NCBI GenBank assembly: GCA_040954595.2
Contig: CM082598.2
Coordinates: forward strand, 2,983,154-3,047,153
Direction of reading: 5' to 3'
From: Balanoglossus misakiensis
Lineage: Eukaryota; Animalia; Hemichordata
DNA: 64,000 bases
Shown here: positions 16,201 to 29,700 of the stretch, one piece after another
Layout of the letters: each line of letters begins with the position of its first letter
Numbering within the stretch: the stretch's first letter is position 1
Translations under genes and position numbers: made by a program
Notes under the pieces: model-generated
Told to the model about the DNA's origin: nothing
What the model saw: the letters and a program-made list of their open reading frames with translations, nothing else
The model's database searches: none

Positions 16201-17911
16201 AGAAGGGTAGTAGGAGAAACGGAAGGCGGTAAAATCTCTACAACGCTGTTTCGTGGGTCACTAGACTCACTCATCAGGAGACTAAACTGCGTCTACATAC
16301 ATACACACATACATGCATGCATGCAATTTTTCATTTCCTTTGAAAAAAACATCCTCTCTCTCTCTCACCTGTAACCATGGTGACTCGATCCGTGCAATCA
16401 CTTTGTGGCATTGTTGCACACTGTGAAAACTGTGTCTGATGGGAATCATGTCTGTCATGTTGTACACTGGTGATTTCCCCATCTTGATCTGCCATCCTCC
16501 TCATCTCTCTCTCTGTTGCAGCAGAACTAACTGCACTGCTGGCAGCACCATTACCAGCATCTGAAACACCTAGTATAATATAAAACCAAATTCAAATCTT
16601 CAAAACTTTTTTTTATATGTTTTCCAGTTAAAGGTATACAGTCACCTCATATTTACAAATGCCCATATATGGCTGAAATGGCGTATTTGAGCGTTCTAAG
16701 GAACACACGGTGGCGCTCTTTTTTCGCGTGTGCCACCTACTGACAATCTGTGATTGGCGAGATCTCAATTTGCCATGGTATAAACAATAGCTCATTTTCC
16801 ATAGGTGACCGTATACCTTTGAATGTTCAGTGAAATGTTACAAAAAATGTACCGGTACTGCATGTGAAACTTTTGAATTAGACCCTGATTTATGTGAATT
16901 GGTAGCTGTCATGACAGTTTGTTTAATCAATGTAATTTATGTTCTTACTCCAAACATCACCTGATTTGCACTACACTGACTGGGTAACTCAATCATAGCT
17001 TGTCCATTGTTTTTTGGTTAAAGTTTAACAATGAAAGAAAGGCTTATTGTGCAGGTATTGTCAGAGAAGGAACTGATGAAAAAACTTTGCATGATATTTT
17101 AATTTTAGGAATGTTTCTTTTTTGAAAAACAGAACATCCACTTTATATTTATTTGGGGTTTTGATCATAAGTTGCTTAGTCAGCCATGGTAAACAAATTA
17201 AAACATTCTTTTCCATGAATGCACTCATTTATTTGGGGTTTTGATCATAAGTTGCTTAGTCATCCACCATGGTAAAAAAATGAAATATTCTTTTCCATGA
17301 ATGCTCTCAGTAAGCAATTTGCTACCAAAATGAAAGTTTTGATACCACTAACTAAAAAACAAGTGCACTACGGTGAATTTCCCAAAACGCAGGGCAAAGC
17401 AATCCACGGTATTGGTTTAATTTGTATTTACACTCTCCACAGTTATGTAGTGAAGAAAATATGACCGATTTCATTCCTACCCATAGTTCCACATAATTGT
17501 ATATTTCAATTGTTAAAATGTTCAAATACATTTTTAGGATTGTCATTTTCATTTTCGAATAGACATGTAGAAAAGTCACCTACCTGAACACTCTTCAACA
17601 TGCTGGGGACGGGAACCTTGTGCAGGTTGCACATTTTCTTTCAGCTTTGCCTCAAGCTCTTCAACTTCCTTGACCAGGGGTCCTCGTGCAATATTTTTCA
17701 TAAGCGTTTTAAGAAATCCCAGATTGTTCCCCGATATAAAACCTCTCTCCTCTAACTCCATGAAAATGCCAGCCGGGTCTTTTGCTTCCTCAAGTTCTCG
17801 GACTTGAAGCTGATTGCCACGCAATAAGATTCTCAAGTTCATCTCATCATCCCTTGACAGTTTTGACTTCAGCTTTATGTAAAGAGCTCGTAGTTGATCA
17901 ACTGTTGCCAT
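10204..17911 (-). CDS. NLR-like STAND receptor: N-terminal death effector domain (DED), linker, NACHT NTPase, long C-terminal tandem-repeat region (~2081 aa, 3 coding exons)
   Basis: Exons 17911-17584 (DED: MATVDQLRALYIKLKSKLS..L..LL...IFMELEERGFISGNNLGFLKTLMKNIARGPL), 16569-16369 and 15920-10204, joined by phase-1 GT-AG introns. NACHT Walker A ILIEGDPGYGKST, Walker B CFVFDGLDEV, sensor-1 VIVTSR, winged-helix motif YSFYHLTFQEYFASLYI. Confidence 0.85.
11165..12759 (-). repeat. Coding tandem repeat in the NLR: about 3.5 near-identical units of 150-155 aa
   Basis: Anchor IQAIFGRFTF begins at 12759, 12294, 11844 and 11388 (spacing 465, 450, 456 nt, all multiples of 3). More diverged copies lie upstream (AVHSQLCQSKSLGSVEA near 13200; similar blocks to ~14000). 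Confidence 0.92.
16632..16818. mobile_element. Non-autonomous DNA transposon (Kolobok-like AGG...CCT termini, TTAA-type target site) in NLR intron 1
   Basis: TTAA|AGGTATACAGTCACCT ... AGGTGACCGTATACCT|TTGA: 16-bp TIR with 1 mismatch. Confidence 0.6.
17147..17303. repeat. ~80-bp tandem duplication in NLR intron 1
   Basis: TTTATTTGGGGTTTTGATCATAAGTTGCTTAGTC...ATTCTTTTCCATGAATGC occurs twice head-to-tail. Confidence 0.85.
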
Positions 17912-17953
17912 AATGGATGTTGATTCGCGTGGAACTTTCTGTCTAGTGTCACC

Positions 17954-18199
17954 TCAAACCATCAGGACTTCTTCAACTTCCTTGACCAAGGGTTCCCGTC
18001 CAATTTCTCTCAGGAGATCTTTAAGAAACCCCAGATTGTCTTTCGATATAAAACCCTTCTCCTCTAATTTGATGAAAATGGCAGTAGCATTCTTTGCTTC
18101 CTGAAGTTCTCGGATTGTAAGTTGATCACCATGCAACAAGTCTCTCAATGTGATCTCTTCAGCATCTGATAGTTCTGAATGCAGTTTGTAGTAAAGAAA
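17954..18199 (-). pseudogene. Second, upstream DED paralog in frame with the NLR DED but closed by a single TGA (degenerate DED, uORF or read-through)
   Basis: FLYYKLHSELSDAEEITLRDLLHGDQLTIRELQEAKNATAIFIKLEEKGFISKDNLGFLKDLLREIGREPLVKEVEEVLMV* aligns to the 17911 DED. It is preceded by a polypyrimidine tract and TAG acceptor (18200-18202). 14 stop-free codons link the TGA to ATG 17911. Confidence 0.7.
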
Positions 18200-20334
18200 C
18201 TACCAGGACAAGAAGAGAGGCTGTGATCCATCCACACTGCAAACCTACGGTAAAATAAACTGCGTCACACGAATGACCACTCCTGGATATGGTGTGAGGT
18301 ACCTGGTGACCTTACCTGAACTTTGGACAAAGTTGTCTGCGTAGAAAGTTCTTTTACTGTTTTTTGAATGCGCAGAAAATTGTTCAAACAAAGGTGGTGC
18401 CAAAACCACCCCACATTCCTTTGATCATACTCTCCTAAAATGCATCTGGTATTCTTTACTTTTTTTAAACTTTGTTGAACTTGGAAATGCATGGTCCCAT
18501 TGTTACAATCTAGGATATTTTGTGCGTCTATTTTGGACCAAACATATGCAAATTGCACAAGCTTTTGAACAAACAAGAATGCTTTGATCTTTTAACAGAC
18601 TAGAGTACAAAACAGAAAGTAAAATCTACAGTTTCGGTATGTGGTAGAAATAACAGACTAATCACATTTTCTTATTGAACATAAGGTTATGATGGGGGAC
18701 ACATGTACCGGTATAGACTACCCCCCCCCCCCCCTCCCCCAACAAATAGCTGTGTTTCCATAGCTACCTATGGCTACATATGTGTTGTCAGTAACCTACA
18801 TTCCATTAGAAGTATGCCATAGCCCTGTATAGAGACATTAAATTTGAATTGGGTCACCACACCTCTACTTTATGTATAGATACATATTGTTAACAGGTCA
18901 TGTCTCAGTCTTAAACTCTTTTTGAACTCTTTGAAATAATGTTGAATGTAATTTGTTGTAAAGACATCGTAGTGGATTTATTTTAGCCATAATAGATGTG
19001 ATACCCGGATATTTTCCTGTGTTAATATTTCAAACTACTGGTATCTGGACAATTAGAGAGCTGTTTGGTCCTGTGTGCTCAATCCACACTGCAGTCTCTG
19101 AATAAACTGCGACACACACAACCACCACCTTTAAAGGCTGTGAGGTACCTGGATTGGTGACATCATTGCACCATATACCGGAACTTTCGGCAGAGTGGCC
19201 TGCGCAGATTTCGTTAAAAATGTTAATGCGCAGAAAATCGTTCAACTTTCATGTATTAAAATAGTTCTATACATCACTCTACTGGTACTTCCCAAATTGG
19301 AAGGGCAAAATATCTCTAAAGTTAAGAAAAACAAGACCATAAATTTTCTCTACTAAGTGTTGAAAAAACAAGATCATAAAAATTCTTGCTTTAGCTACCT
19401 GTCATAAAAACCAATCCCTGGCAGTCACCTGTGGACCGCATTTTTGTGTTGCACCTATTGGAGAACTGTAAAGACTTTGGGAACCGAACAATCATCTCTG
19501 AACACATTTTCCCCTCATTTTTATGATCTTGTGAAACTACTGTAAAACAGGAAATTTTCATGACAGGAAAATTGCGCGATAGAGGCAACTGTCAGTGATG
19601 ATTAATTTTTCCGTTTTTGTATTTCATTACATTATCTCCGCAAAACATTTTTATGCGACTTTTTAGTTTTGCATGTTTTTTTTTTTTTTTTTTTTTGGGG
19701 GGGGGGGGGCTTTCAGGGAGTTCGCAAAAAATTATATGCAATTTTATTGCAAAACCAGCCTTTAGTGGTGAATGCGATACTTTTTTCGAGGACCTCAAAA
19801 CAAGTCGTGATTTACGCATGGGCAATCTGGATTCCTTGAAATAATGGCATTCCCATGACATTTGCTAATTATCGTCACTCCTACTACAAGTGGCAAACTT
19901 GCAAATGAAATGCAAATTTAGCAAATAAAAGTGCAGTAGTTTGTTACATTTAATATTAATTTTATCGTACAAAATTTCATTATTTCCATTTAATCAATTC
20001 AGGTGTTTATGAAGATATCCAGCATCAATTTTCCACACATATTAAAATAATAACGCACATGTCCAGGTCAAACACATATTAACATAAATATAATGCTAAT
20101 TTTCAGAGAGAAACATAACCACTTGAAAACATAAGCAAGAATTTCCAATGGGGTGTTAGCAAAAATATTTTTCACGTTTCAAAACACTTTCCAGTTCCAC
20201 ATGGGACAAGACAATTTTCCAAAAACGGAAACGAGTACCAAATCAACACAGGCAGCTATGGTGTCTCCTACATTATAGTTGTTTTTAGTTTTAGTTCTTT
20301 TAAAAAAAAAAATGAAATCTGAGTCCATCAAACG

Positions 20335-23300
20335 TCAGAGACTAAACCATCCAGGGAGGCCCCCTCCTTGTACAAGCTTGACATCTTTTTTCTTCTGTTC
20401 TTTCTTTAAATTATCAATCATTTCTTGTCCCTCTTCTTTCTTGTCTTCTGGGTAGATGTCTGGATATTCAAATGTCAGGCCTTCCCCCTTTACAAATGAA
20501 AATACAAGGAAGACAGTTAATTTCTGCGATGAGGGAAACAAGTTGCAAATCCAAACAGTTGGCCAAAAGCACGCCCTCTGGTGGTACATTTTTACTTTAT
20601 GTGCGAACTCTTTCTCTTGGTACAAACCCCTGTTGTACTCAAAATAACATTATGGTGCAAGTTCTAACATCAAACATCAAGAAATCATGAGTTTGAACGA
20701 AATCAACAAAAGCAACTCTGATATATGGCTGGGGGGATGGACAAACAGATGGATAGGCACAGAGACCGACAGACACATTGGAGCGTAACAACTGGTCCTT
20801 CTCTAAACTTTGTCAATGGGAACTAAAAATACTGAACAGTTAGCCAGAATTTACTGAGTGGACTTTTAACTGCCTTGACAACATGTACACATGTAGGAAT
20901 GCAAACTCCTCTGGACCAAAGATCCTGTTGTACAGGGAACAGTCTTAAAACGACACCCAAAACAATCATGTCTCTGTTTAAAGTGACAGTACTATACAAC
21001 AGAAATGTCAAAAATCACACTTACACAGGGACATATATAGTCTACATTTATTCCCCTTTAGAACACACCTGTTCTAAGAAGTCTCTCTTATGTGCACCTG
21101 ACACTCTTATAACAGTTCACAGTACTGCGCTTGTCAATGATGTCACTTCCTGTGTGGGCAGGTAGCCCAATCAATCAGAGCCAGACAATAGTATTGTATC
21201 TCTAAATAGTAGTGCCCTCAGGTTCTTAAGAAACACCCATGCCCTTTTTTCACTAACACAGGTTTGACTGTATTAGCCTTAAGCATAGAGAATATATAGA
21301 TATTATTTCGATCACTCTTGTCATAGTTGTCCTTGACTGCACCAGTACACATCATCTACATAGCTGACAAGACATAGGCCTTTTTACACAAAGCAGTAAA
21401 CCCAACACAACGCATACGACCATTGAGCTGATATTATGTTTTTGCCAGAATTTGGTCTACTCAAGTTCTTCAGTAAACACAGGAACACTGCACTGTTACC
21501 CACGCTTGGAAGTGGCCTTTCCTTCCTCAGTGACAAATCTCCCGTGTGAAAACAAGTTCCAATTCATGACACGGACAGTCACTCTCTTTGGAGACAACTC
21601 TCCCTTTATGGAGACAGAGTTCAATTCAGGACATCTCATTGTCACTTTCCTGCCTGGCAGACAACCCTCTCCCTTGTGAATACAGAGTTCAATTCCGGAC
21701 ATTCCTATCACTTCCTGCAGCTGACCTGTTATAGTACTAGTCTATTATAAACATCCTGATTTCATTAGAATAATCTTGAATATAATTGAATCTCACGGGA
21801 CCTTGTGAATGACTTTTGTCTGATCAACAACTGGTCATTGTAGTGAAATAAAATATATGCATTAATTTGTAATACTGATGTAAAACCAATAATTTTCACC
21901 ATGATTGACACACTTTTGCCATGCCACTCCCCTGTCAATGCACATTGTGACTGATTGTAAATCACAAGTCCATGAAACAAACAGTGGTTCCAATCCAAAC
22001 ACTTGCTCAGGATATGTCCCCTACTGCGTCAACTGTTGTTATTCTGCACGAATGCTGAGTCTGTTTTTCAAAACACGGTAGTCTGACAGTCCCACACGTG
22101 GTCTAGTCATCACTTTACAGTCATTTTCACCTCCGTGTTGTGCAATAACATCTTGACAATAGGGAACGGGAAATTCAACCAATGCCCCAGTTCTGCGTTG
22201 TCATATGCAGTGACATCACTGATGTAAATACCAAAGTGTAGCAGGAAGTTGGTCTCTGAAGAACAACTGAATTTCCCTTTCAAAAAATCACATGCCTGTA
22301 TGTGGTTTCACCTTTGTTATAATAGTCCAATACTTGGACTAGTTATTTCATGAACGACAGAATTTCCCTTTCAAAAATCACATGTCTGTGTATGGTTTCA
22401 CCTTTCCCATACTAGGCCAGTACTTGTAATTTCATAAACAACACTACCAGGTACTACTCAGCACTGACAACCTTTCTGGGGACATTCCACTCAACAAAGC
22501 CCCAGTCCTCACTTGGCAAAGTCCAAGCCAAAGTAGAAACCCAAGCTGCGGTCAAGCCATAGCAAACAATGCTATTGAATGGAATCTACAAATTCCTATA
22601 AATACTTTGGTAGTCAACATGTACATATCTGTCCCTCTCTCCTTCCCTCCTTCCATCCATCCTTCGAGAAAAACAAAGTGAAATACTGGTAAACAAACAC
22701 CAGCACAACCCTGTTTTCCTCAACCAAGACAAACAAGAATAACAAACAACAAAACCGACACTCACCAATGTAACATACGCCATCTTGTAATCGGGCTCTG
22801 GTTTAATTCTTCTATTTTTGTGATCTCTCCACAGTTTACCAAACACAACCTGAGTATTCACTCTAGCTACTGGTACGTTATATATCTTCTGCAGGTAATT
22901 CTTTATATCAAATTTTGTCATTCTGAAAAAGATAAAATTAAAAAGATTTGTTTCACGGTATGAAAGGTGCAGTAAATACTTGATTTGAATGAATACTATA
23001 TGTCAATCTGCGATTACACATTTACTGTCATGGATAGTAAAGACAGAATCAAGGAATTGGCTGTTTGTCTAAAAATATTTATTGGTTTAAAACTTCTCTT
23101 CTGGCGATAGACCAATGACAATTCATACTTACTGTACTGGGCATTTGAAGCTAACTTGGTTTGGTGGTTGCGGTTTCTTTGGGGACATCAGAGCCATGTA
23201 GAAATCGGTGAAAAAGACTCTGTTTTGTGGGTTGCCAGGCTTCCAAAGTGGGTACCTAAGACAGACAGTAAGAGAGCATTAAAACTCTGAATGATTAAAA

Positions 23301-24755
23301 TGTGGAGCAACATTTTTCACATTTTCACCCATTTTTCTCTAATATTTTCCTTAATTTTAGACCAAGTGGACACAATTTTCCATTGTCTTTGGGTCTCAAT
23401 CAAAATTTAAGAAAAAATATAGAAAAAGTTAAGAGGGTTTATTTTTTGAAAGATGACAAGTTGACTATAGCGTTGATAGGATTATTACCGACCGTAATTT
23501 AATTGAGTTTCCTGCATCGAAATACAAGCCAAAACTGTTGGGATGATGAACCAGAAAAGCAGAAAATGAGTAATGATTACTAAGGTGTATTTTTGACACT
23601 TATTTTTCAAACTACTGAACTTCAAACACCTTATCAGTAGTGGATTGAATAATCGTTTTTGTGTTGAAGCCTAAACCAATATCACTGTCCTTGTTCAGTG
23701 ATTAATACAATATTGGTCATGGTCACTAGAATGTGAAATGGTCATGGTCAGTGTTATATCACTAACACTTGGAATACAATATACTTGTGCCATAATTTGA
23801 TAATATTTACCTCCATCAATGACAAACAAATGAATATTCATGAATGTGTGATGACACATCTCAAAAGTATGCTATTCTGTAAAGGTCAATACCAAGTTCA
23901 ATACAACAGAATTTGTGTGATTGACCATGCCTTACATATGACAACACCAGCTATTATACAGTGATATTACATTTCTAGAAACTCAAACTGACTCAAAGGG
24001 CAAAGCGTAGTACGTCTATCACTTTATGTATTTATGTATATATATTTGTTCAGTAATGGGTTGCTCATCTATAAAATATTCATCTATGACTTCATTCTTT
24101 TTTTTCATGTTTGCCGTGTGTTGCAAGCAGGTGTTAACATAATAAACATGTCATGACACAATTTCCTGAAATTACCAGCAGATTAATCTGATGTACCTGT
24201 CCCTGTTTTGATATTTTTTAGTTATTTTTAGAATTATGAATATGTTCACTTCAATACAGGTGTGCTTGCTACAAAAAGTAACACCTGATTGTGACACAAA
24301 TCGATTGTTGGTGCAACATTCAGGGAGCTACAAATAATCTGACAAAGTTACTTGTTCTAACTGACAATTCTGAACTATAGCAATTTAAACTCTCATCTCT
24401 GTGTATGTTATTTCATTTGGTCATCTCCATAATCTCCGCATATGCTCATAATAACACAGTGAGTCACTCAGAGTTTATATCCAGAAGTGATAACAGGTTT
24501 TTGCCTGACTGACACACTTCTCAGGTCAGGTGGCAAAAACAAAATAGTTTCACACTTACATCAGCATGGTTAAGAAGCCACAATTGCTGGTTTGGATTAG
24601 ATCAAGCCCATGTGATAACAACAACTGGTATATGGACCAGGTTCACACTTACATCATTACACATTCACACCCTTCAGTTCACACATGATCAATTTGGATC
24701 CACAAAACAAAAGTTTTTGATTTTTAATTTTATACCTCAGCACTGACAGCAGCAT
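20335..24755 (-). CDS. MRPL23: Mitochondrial ribosomal protein uL23m (~150 aa)
   Basis: Exons 23255-23133 ([18 protein letters not shown]...FKCPVQ), 22922-22766 ([25 protein letters not shown]...[10 protein letters not shown]) and 20487-20335 (FEYPDIYPE...GGLPGWFSL*). The first coding exon is tentatively 24755-24736 (MLLSVLR, phase 2); the start exon is uncertain. Confidence 0.9.
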
Positions 24756-25378
24756 GTCTGTGCTTTTACTGTGACATTTAGGCCTACTCCTGAATATAAT
24801 GTTGCTTATGCAGATACACCAGCCGCAGAAAAAGTCAAAATATCAAAACTCATACGGCATAATATATCATGTAATATTGGGGAGGGGGAGAAAAACTCTG
24901 ACAAGAGTTTGCAACTTTTATTTACTGGTGATACCAACTCTATCCCATTTCTACTGAACTGGTAGTGGTATCATTTTGTTTACATATAACACTTTTGAAG
25001 AGGATTAAAATGAGCAAAAACTTAGGGCAGGGATCAGGTAACTCTGGTGGACACGACTATACCCCTGGGCGATACCAAACTTAGGACAGTTTACTTGATT
25101 ATCTCAGTTGATGTGCATTGGATGAGGAACTCTTGCCCAAGTAAACCCCAAACTGGCCAAAGTGACGACCGCTATCTTGTCTAGCAGATAAAATCACAAA
25201 TATGGAGTTATGATTGTTAGATTAGACAGTTCCTTATTATCGCGTCATTGTGTCGCGTGCTAGAGGTGTGGACGCTTCCGTGTTCTTGCGAAAGCTACCA
25301 TCCATGCACCTTTACAGGTGTTTAGACACTTCAAGTTCCTGGTAATATGTTGTCGAAGAAGTTGGGCCAGAGCGATCA

Positions 25379-25390
25379 GACCGGAAGTGA
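25379..25390. promoter_or_regulatory. ETS/GABP motif ACCGGAAGTG in a CpG-rich segment, likely MRPL23 promoter
   Basis: Exact ETS consensus in a CpG-rich stretch upstream of MRPL23; typical of housekeeping and mitochondrial genes. Confidence 0.45.
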
Positions 25391-26556
25391 AATCGATCAT
25401 GACGCGCGACACATGTGCGCGTGCGTGTCCATTTCAAGCAGACTACAATGCGCGGTGTGCGTACATGAGCGTGGTGTTTCAATCATTTTTAGAAAATCGC
25501 ACCTGCTACAGTGATTACAACGGGTGTTATCTGGATGATGTAATCATAAATTACGCACAGACTTAATTTGCACGCCGCAGTTTGGCGGAAACACCACATA
25601 AAACAGTTCAAAATAAAGACAAAAGTGCCCACCTGACAAGCCGCGACATTTTGGATACGTAATCTGTTTGGTTGTTTGCAACTCTCGTGAGAATTTCTAT
25701 TTGATTTCATCCCAAATAAGAAATAAGCAAAGCATAACAGGCCCCTGTACAAATCAGGTTTATTTATATCGTATAATTAATTTTTGCGGTTACTTTGATG
25801 GAGATATTATACACCTAGACAAAGTCTCGTGTTAAACATATGGAGGCCAGCGAGATTACGCCCCCCCCCCGTTAGACTGAATTTCTTCCGGTTGTTCGTA
25901 CTGACTGCTGTAAATATTTCATGAGTTTTCAAGCGTAAATCTAATTGAAACTCTCGAGACGACCCGCGATTAGTCATATATGAGATCATCGTTTCTCTGA
26001 GAAATGATGGAGGCATAGTGGTGGTGTGTGAAGGGAACAGACAGTGAAATGGCAGGTAAGATTTGTTGATGTCCAGCGACGTCGCGTCGCGATCACGGTG
26101 AAAAGGGAAGTTGATAAGAAATGTATACAAATGTACACAAGTCCGTAGAAACTTGTAGTGAGAGGGTTTTGTCGAATCGGCTGTGTTGAACAATCGGAGA
26201 GGGGGGGGGGGGTACGGAGCGATAGTACAGGGCGCGAATTCCACCCAACATCTCTGTGCATGAAGGTACATGCATGTACATTTCAGTCTGATCGAGTGAA
26301 ATGAACAAGGCATTTGCAACAAGACGTCGCCCTGACGCCGCGCGCGCACGCTAATATCGCGAATCGAAAGTGCCGTACAGTCAACGAGGCACGAAATACC
26401 GTGGGGATAGGTTCACACATGTAAATACCCGTACCCAGATTGAACTAGAACATGTAAATATTTGTCAGCAGACAGCGTCGGCGAATTTTATTGGTTGGAA
26501 GTTTATCAATCGTTATGGTGTGAAATAGATAACAAATGGGCGCGCAGCGTTTCTGC

Positions 26557-26620
26557 GGGAAATTCCCATTTCTCGGAAGCGTCACGATCCTTCTTTGGAC
26601 TTCCGTTTTATAAATAAAAG
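26557..26620 (+). promoter_or_regulatory. Composite NF-kB site, STAT (GAS) site and TATA box upstream of the Bcl-G-like gene
   Basis: GGGAAATTCCC (26557-26567), TTCTCGGAA (26570-26578, TTC-N3-GAA), TATAAATAAAAG (~26609-26620); ATG at 26755. Confidence 0.6.
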
Positions 26621-26754
26621 CCGGCGCGGACAACGTTTATCATTTCATAGCAAAAGAGCGAACGGCAAGACAGCTAAGTTAGTGGTAGTGCGTGTTTGAC
26701 GCATCGCAACAGTAGTCAAGGAAATTCAGAACGAAAAGTTTAACTCACAAAGAC

Positions 26755-29700
26755 ATGCCTGGTGCAGAAATAGAGGTAACAACTCGTTTGACTTTGAAAC
26801 AATTTGATCATTTTTCATACTAGTTTAGACTAACTTTCTCTTACCGGTACTTACTTACTATCGCAGTTTTAATCATTATACTACTCACCTGAGTCATGTA
26901 CTTTTGAAAGTGACTTCAGTATGACAAACTTATTCTCGTCCTTGGATGAAGGTAACATCTCTTTTCACAAGTCTGACTATGTCCTTGCTTCTTTTTCCCC
27001 AGGTTCAACTTGAACCCCCATCACAAGACATCGGTGACGTCCAAGACAGTCATTTCTGTGAAGAACCACCAGGGTAAGTTTCTGAGTCAGTGTCTTAATT
27101 AAGAAAGGTTGGCACCATCTTGTGATTGATGTTCTTGCAGGTTATTTTCTTCGTCTGAGTAACTGTAGATGATACAATATGTGGGGAAAGTAAGTTGTGA
27201 TGCAATGATATCATAATTTCAAAGACCTCATTGTGTGACACTTTCTTCGTAGAAATTTTTCATCAGCAGCACGAGACGATTGTTAGTGGTTACTTACCTT
27301 TACAATACAACATGGCTTGATTTCGCAATTTAATTTTATTCTAACACCAGTCCTATAGTAGATAAAATTAGGGTAGGTTGGGTTATTTGGGTCACGCAGT
27401 TACTCTTGTGGCCCGATTTACAGTAATCAAACACTTGACTGGCCTATATCATACTAAACTACTACACCCATTTTAAACAAAATATTGATTTAGTGAGACA
27501 GTAAGAAAAGTGAGACAGTAGATAGTAAGACAGTGAGACAGGTAGAAAAACATAGTGACACACATACAGACGCAGACAGACAGACAGAGACATATAAAAC
27601 AGATTGTGTATGACACCTAACTGACCCCAACAGATGGTTGAAAATAACGAACAACTGTTACTAACAGGCATTGTGGTACACTTTTGGTTCTCATCAATCA
27701 ATAGAATCTAGCATGGTGTAATTTATAACCGCTAATTGTATTTTGACATACATTGTACATACTGTCTCATACACCTGGTGGACAAAATAATGGCTTTCAC
27801 ATCAGCCTGCTGACTATCAATGGGACCCGGAATTTGACATGTGTCCATTTCACTAAAATCCGACTTAGAAGTTCGATAAGCTGTCAAGGGAATCATTTCT
27901 TTGTACCCAGGTCATAACATATCACAATGTACAGCTAACATTCACAGGGTACTGTACAGCACAGACGGTTTATTTTCAGGCCTTGTTGGTAGATTGTTTG
28001 GTTAAAAAGAAAGGTAGATTAGATTACACTATTAAATCAAGTGGGTTGCGGTTTTGATTCGAAAACTTCCTCAGTAGCTCATGAAGGATGTCTCAGTAGC
28101 CATAATACAAGTTTTATTGAGTTCCCAAGGAAACTGTAAAGGTCATCACATTGTTTGTAGAAGTTATATTTTCAAAGTAATGCTCTAGTAGTAGTCGTAT
28201 TATTTTTACAAGTAATATTAAGGATTCTGAGTGTTTGATTCAAGGGTTTTCAAGTACATGTTGTATGTTTGTCATTGTCTGTAGCTAGTTATCCGGTTGA
28301 TGATTCAATGGCTGTTGACAATGTGAGTGGGAGGGATGTGATAGACGTCACATTTCGATGTACATATCAAATTGGGATACAGTACGCTAATCGACAAAAT
28401 AAAAATAGAACATTTTGTGAGAGTTAAGAATGGCACTTCGCATCCTAACGTTTTGTTAGTTTTCAAAATAAGTGCATACAAGCATGAATAAGACGAAAGA
28501 CGGGAAAATTTGAACGGTATAAATTTTATGAACCTCCAGTGTAATGTATTTCCACGTATAGAAGACCAACAGCAGTTTAAATGTAAAAGTCTCTGTTGAT
28601 AATGCTAGCTTTTTCTTATTGATATCAATGTCTCCCCTCTGAATTCCTGCGTGCTGTGGAAAGGGTCGCACTTGTTGACCCTTACACGCGACACCCACCC
28701 TTGCCTCAGTTAGATTGTTGAGATATGGGGAGTCACAAGGGCCAACAGCTGAAGTGATTTGATTCGTTCCCCCAGAGGCGGAACCTGCTTCGGTCTCCTA
28801 ATTTTATTGATGTTCTCTCAGATGGTGGTCCAGACATAGAATCTCTTCAAAATTTGACAGCGAAAGTCAGCCCTTTTTCGTGAAATCACACATAAAATCA
28901 TATCATATCACAATGTTTTAAGTTTACATTTGCAAATCCTGTACATTAAAGTTTCTTGTGTGTTACAATAGATTTCAAAACCTATGGTGAATAGATCTGG
29001 CTGTTCATTCATATTCTTGTAATAGCCCTGTGGCCTCCACAACTGATGAAGTTCATTCCTACAGAATACATTTTATGGGCGAAATTCTCCAAATTGTCTG
29101 ACGAACTTTCACTAGCGTTTCCTGGTAGCTATGTCGCCACCCGGCTGCATCGTTGATACGTTTGACGCAGATGATATCGCGAGGGTTCAAAGGTTAATGT
29201 AGTGGACAACACTGTGCCTGACAATTATTGATACAGGAGATGTCTCTCATGAAATGTTCTACCGCATAACTGTCCTCGCAGTTCCATCGGCTGATTCCGG
29301 TCAGCGAACCGTCAGTTTCCTGCTTGCTGATTTTAGTGAGAAAAATGATGCTAATTAGGCGAAAAGTGTGGCTTATTTCTACTCATGTACATACAGACAT
29401 ACATTTGGATGTGAACAAGTCAAAACAAACTAAAGGTTTAAGTCAGGCTGGTTTGACGTCTTTGGTGACATTCATGACTTCCTGATAGTACTTTATGATA
29501 TCGTAATATATATGGTAGAAACGGGGAGACGATAGACATGTATATAAATGACATCCGTATCTGAGTATAGAGTAACAAGCCTGAACAGGTTTATTATTAT
29601 TCCATTTATAAATAATTAATGGACAGCTTTATGTATTTCGTGTATCGATTCTCAGAACTGTGCGTCAAACGCATCTTTCGGAGAACTCTGCTTGCTTGCA

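Noticed and set aside
17954-17956. Selenocysteine recoding of the DED1-DED2 TGA
   Set aside because: It lies in a linker with no redox motif, and I could not identify a SECIS by eye; unsupported without a SECISearch run.
21540-22410. Short tandem duplications in MRPL23 intron 3
   Set aside because: Ordinary local duplications with no sign of function.
25807-26349. 180-aa minus-strand ORF
   Set aside because: No recognisable domain; it lies in the CpG-rich divergent promoter region between MRPL23 and the Bcl-G-like gene.
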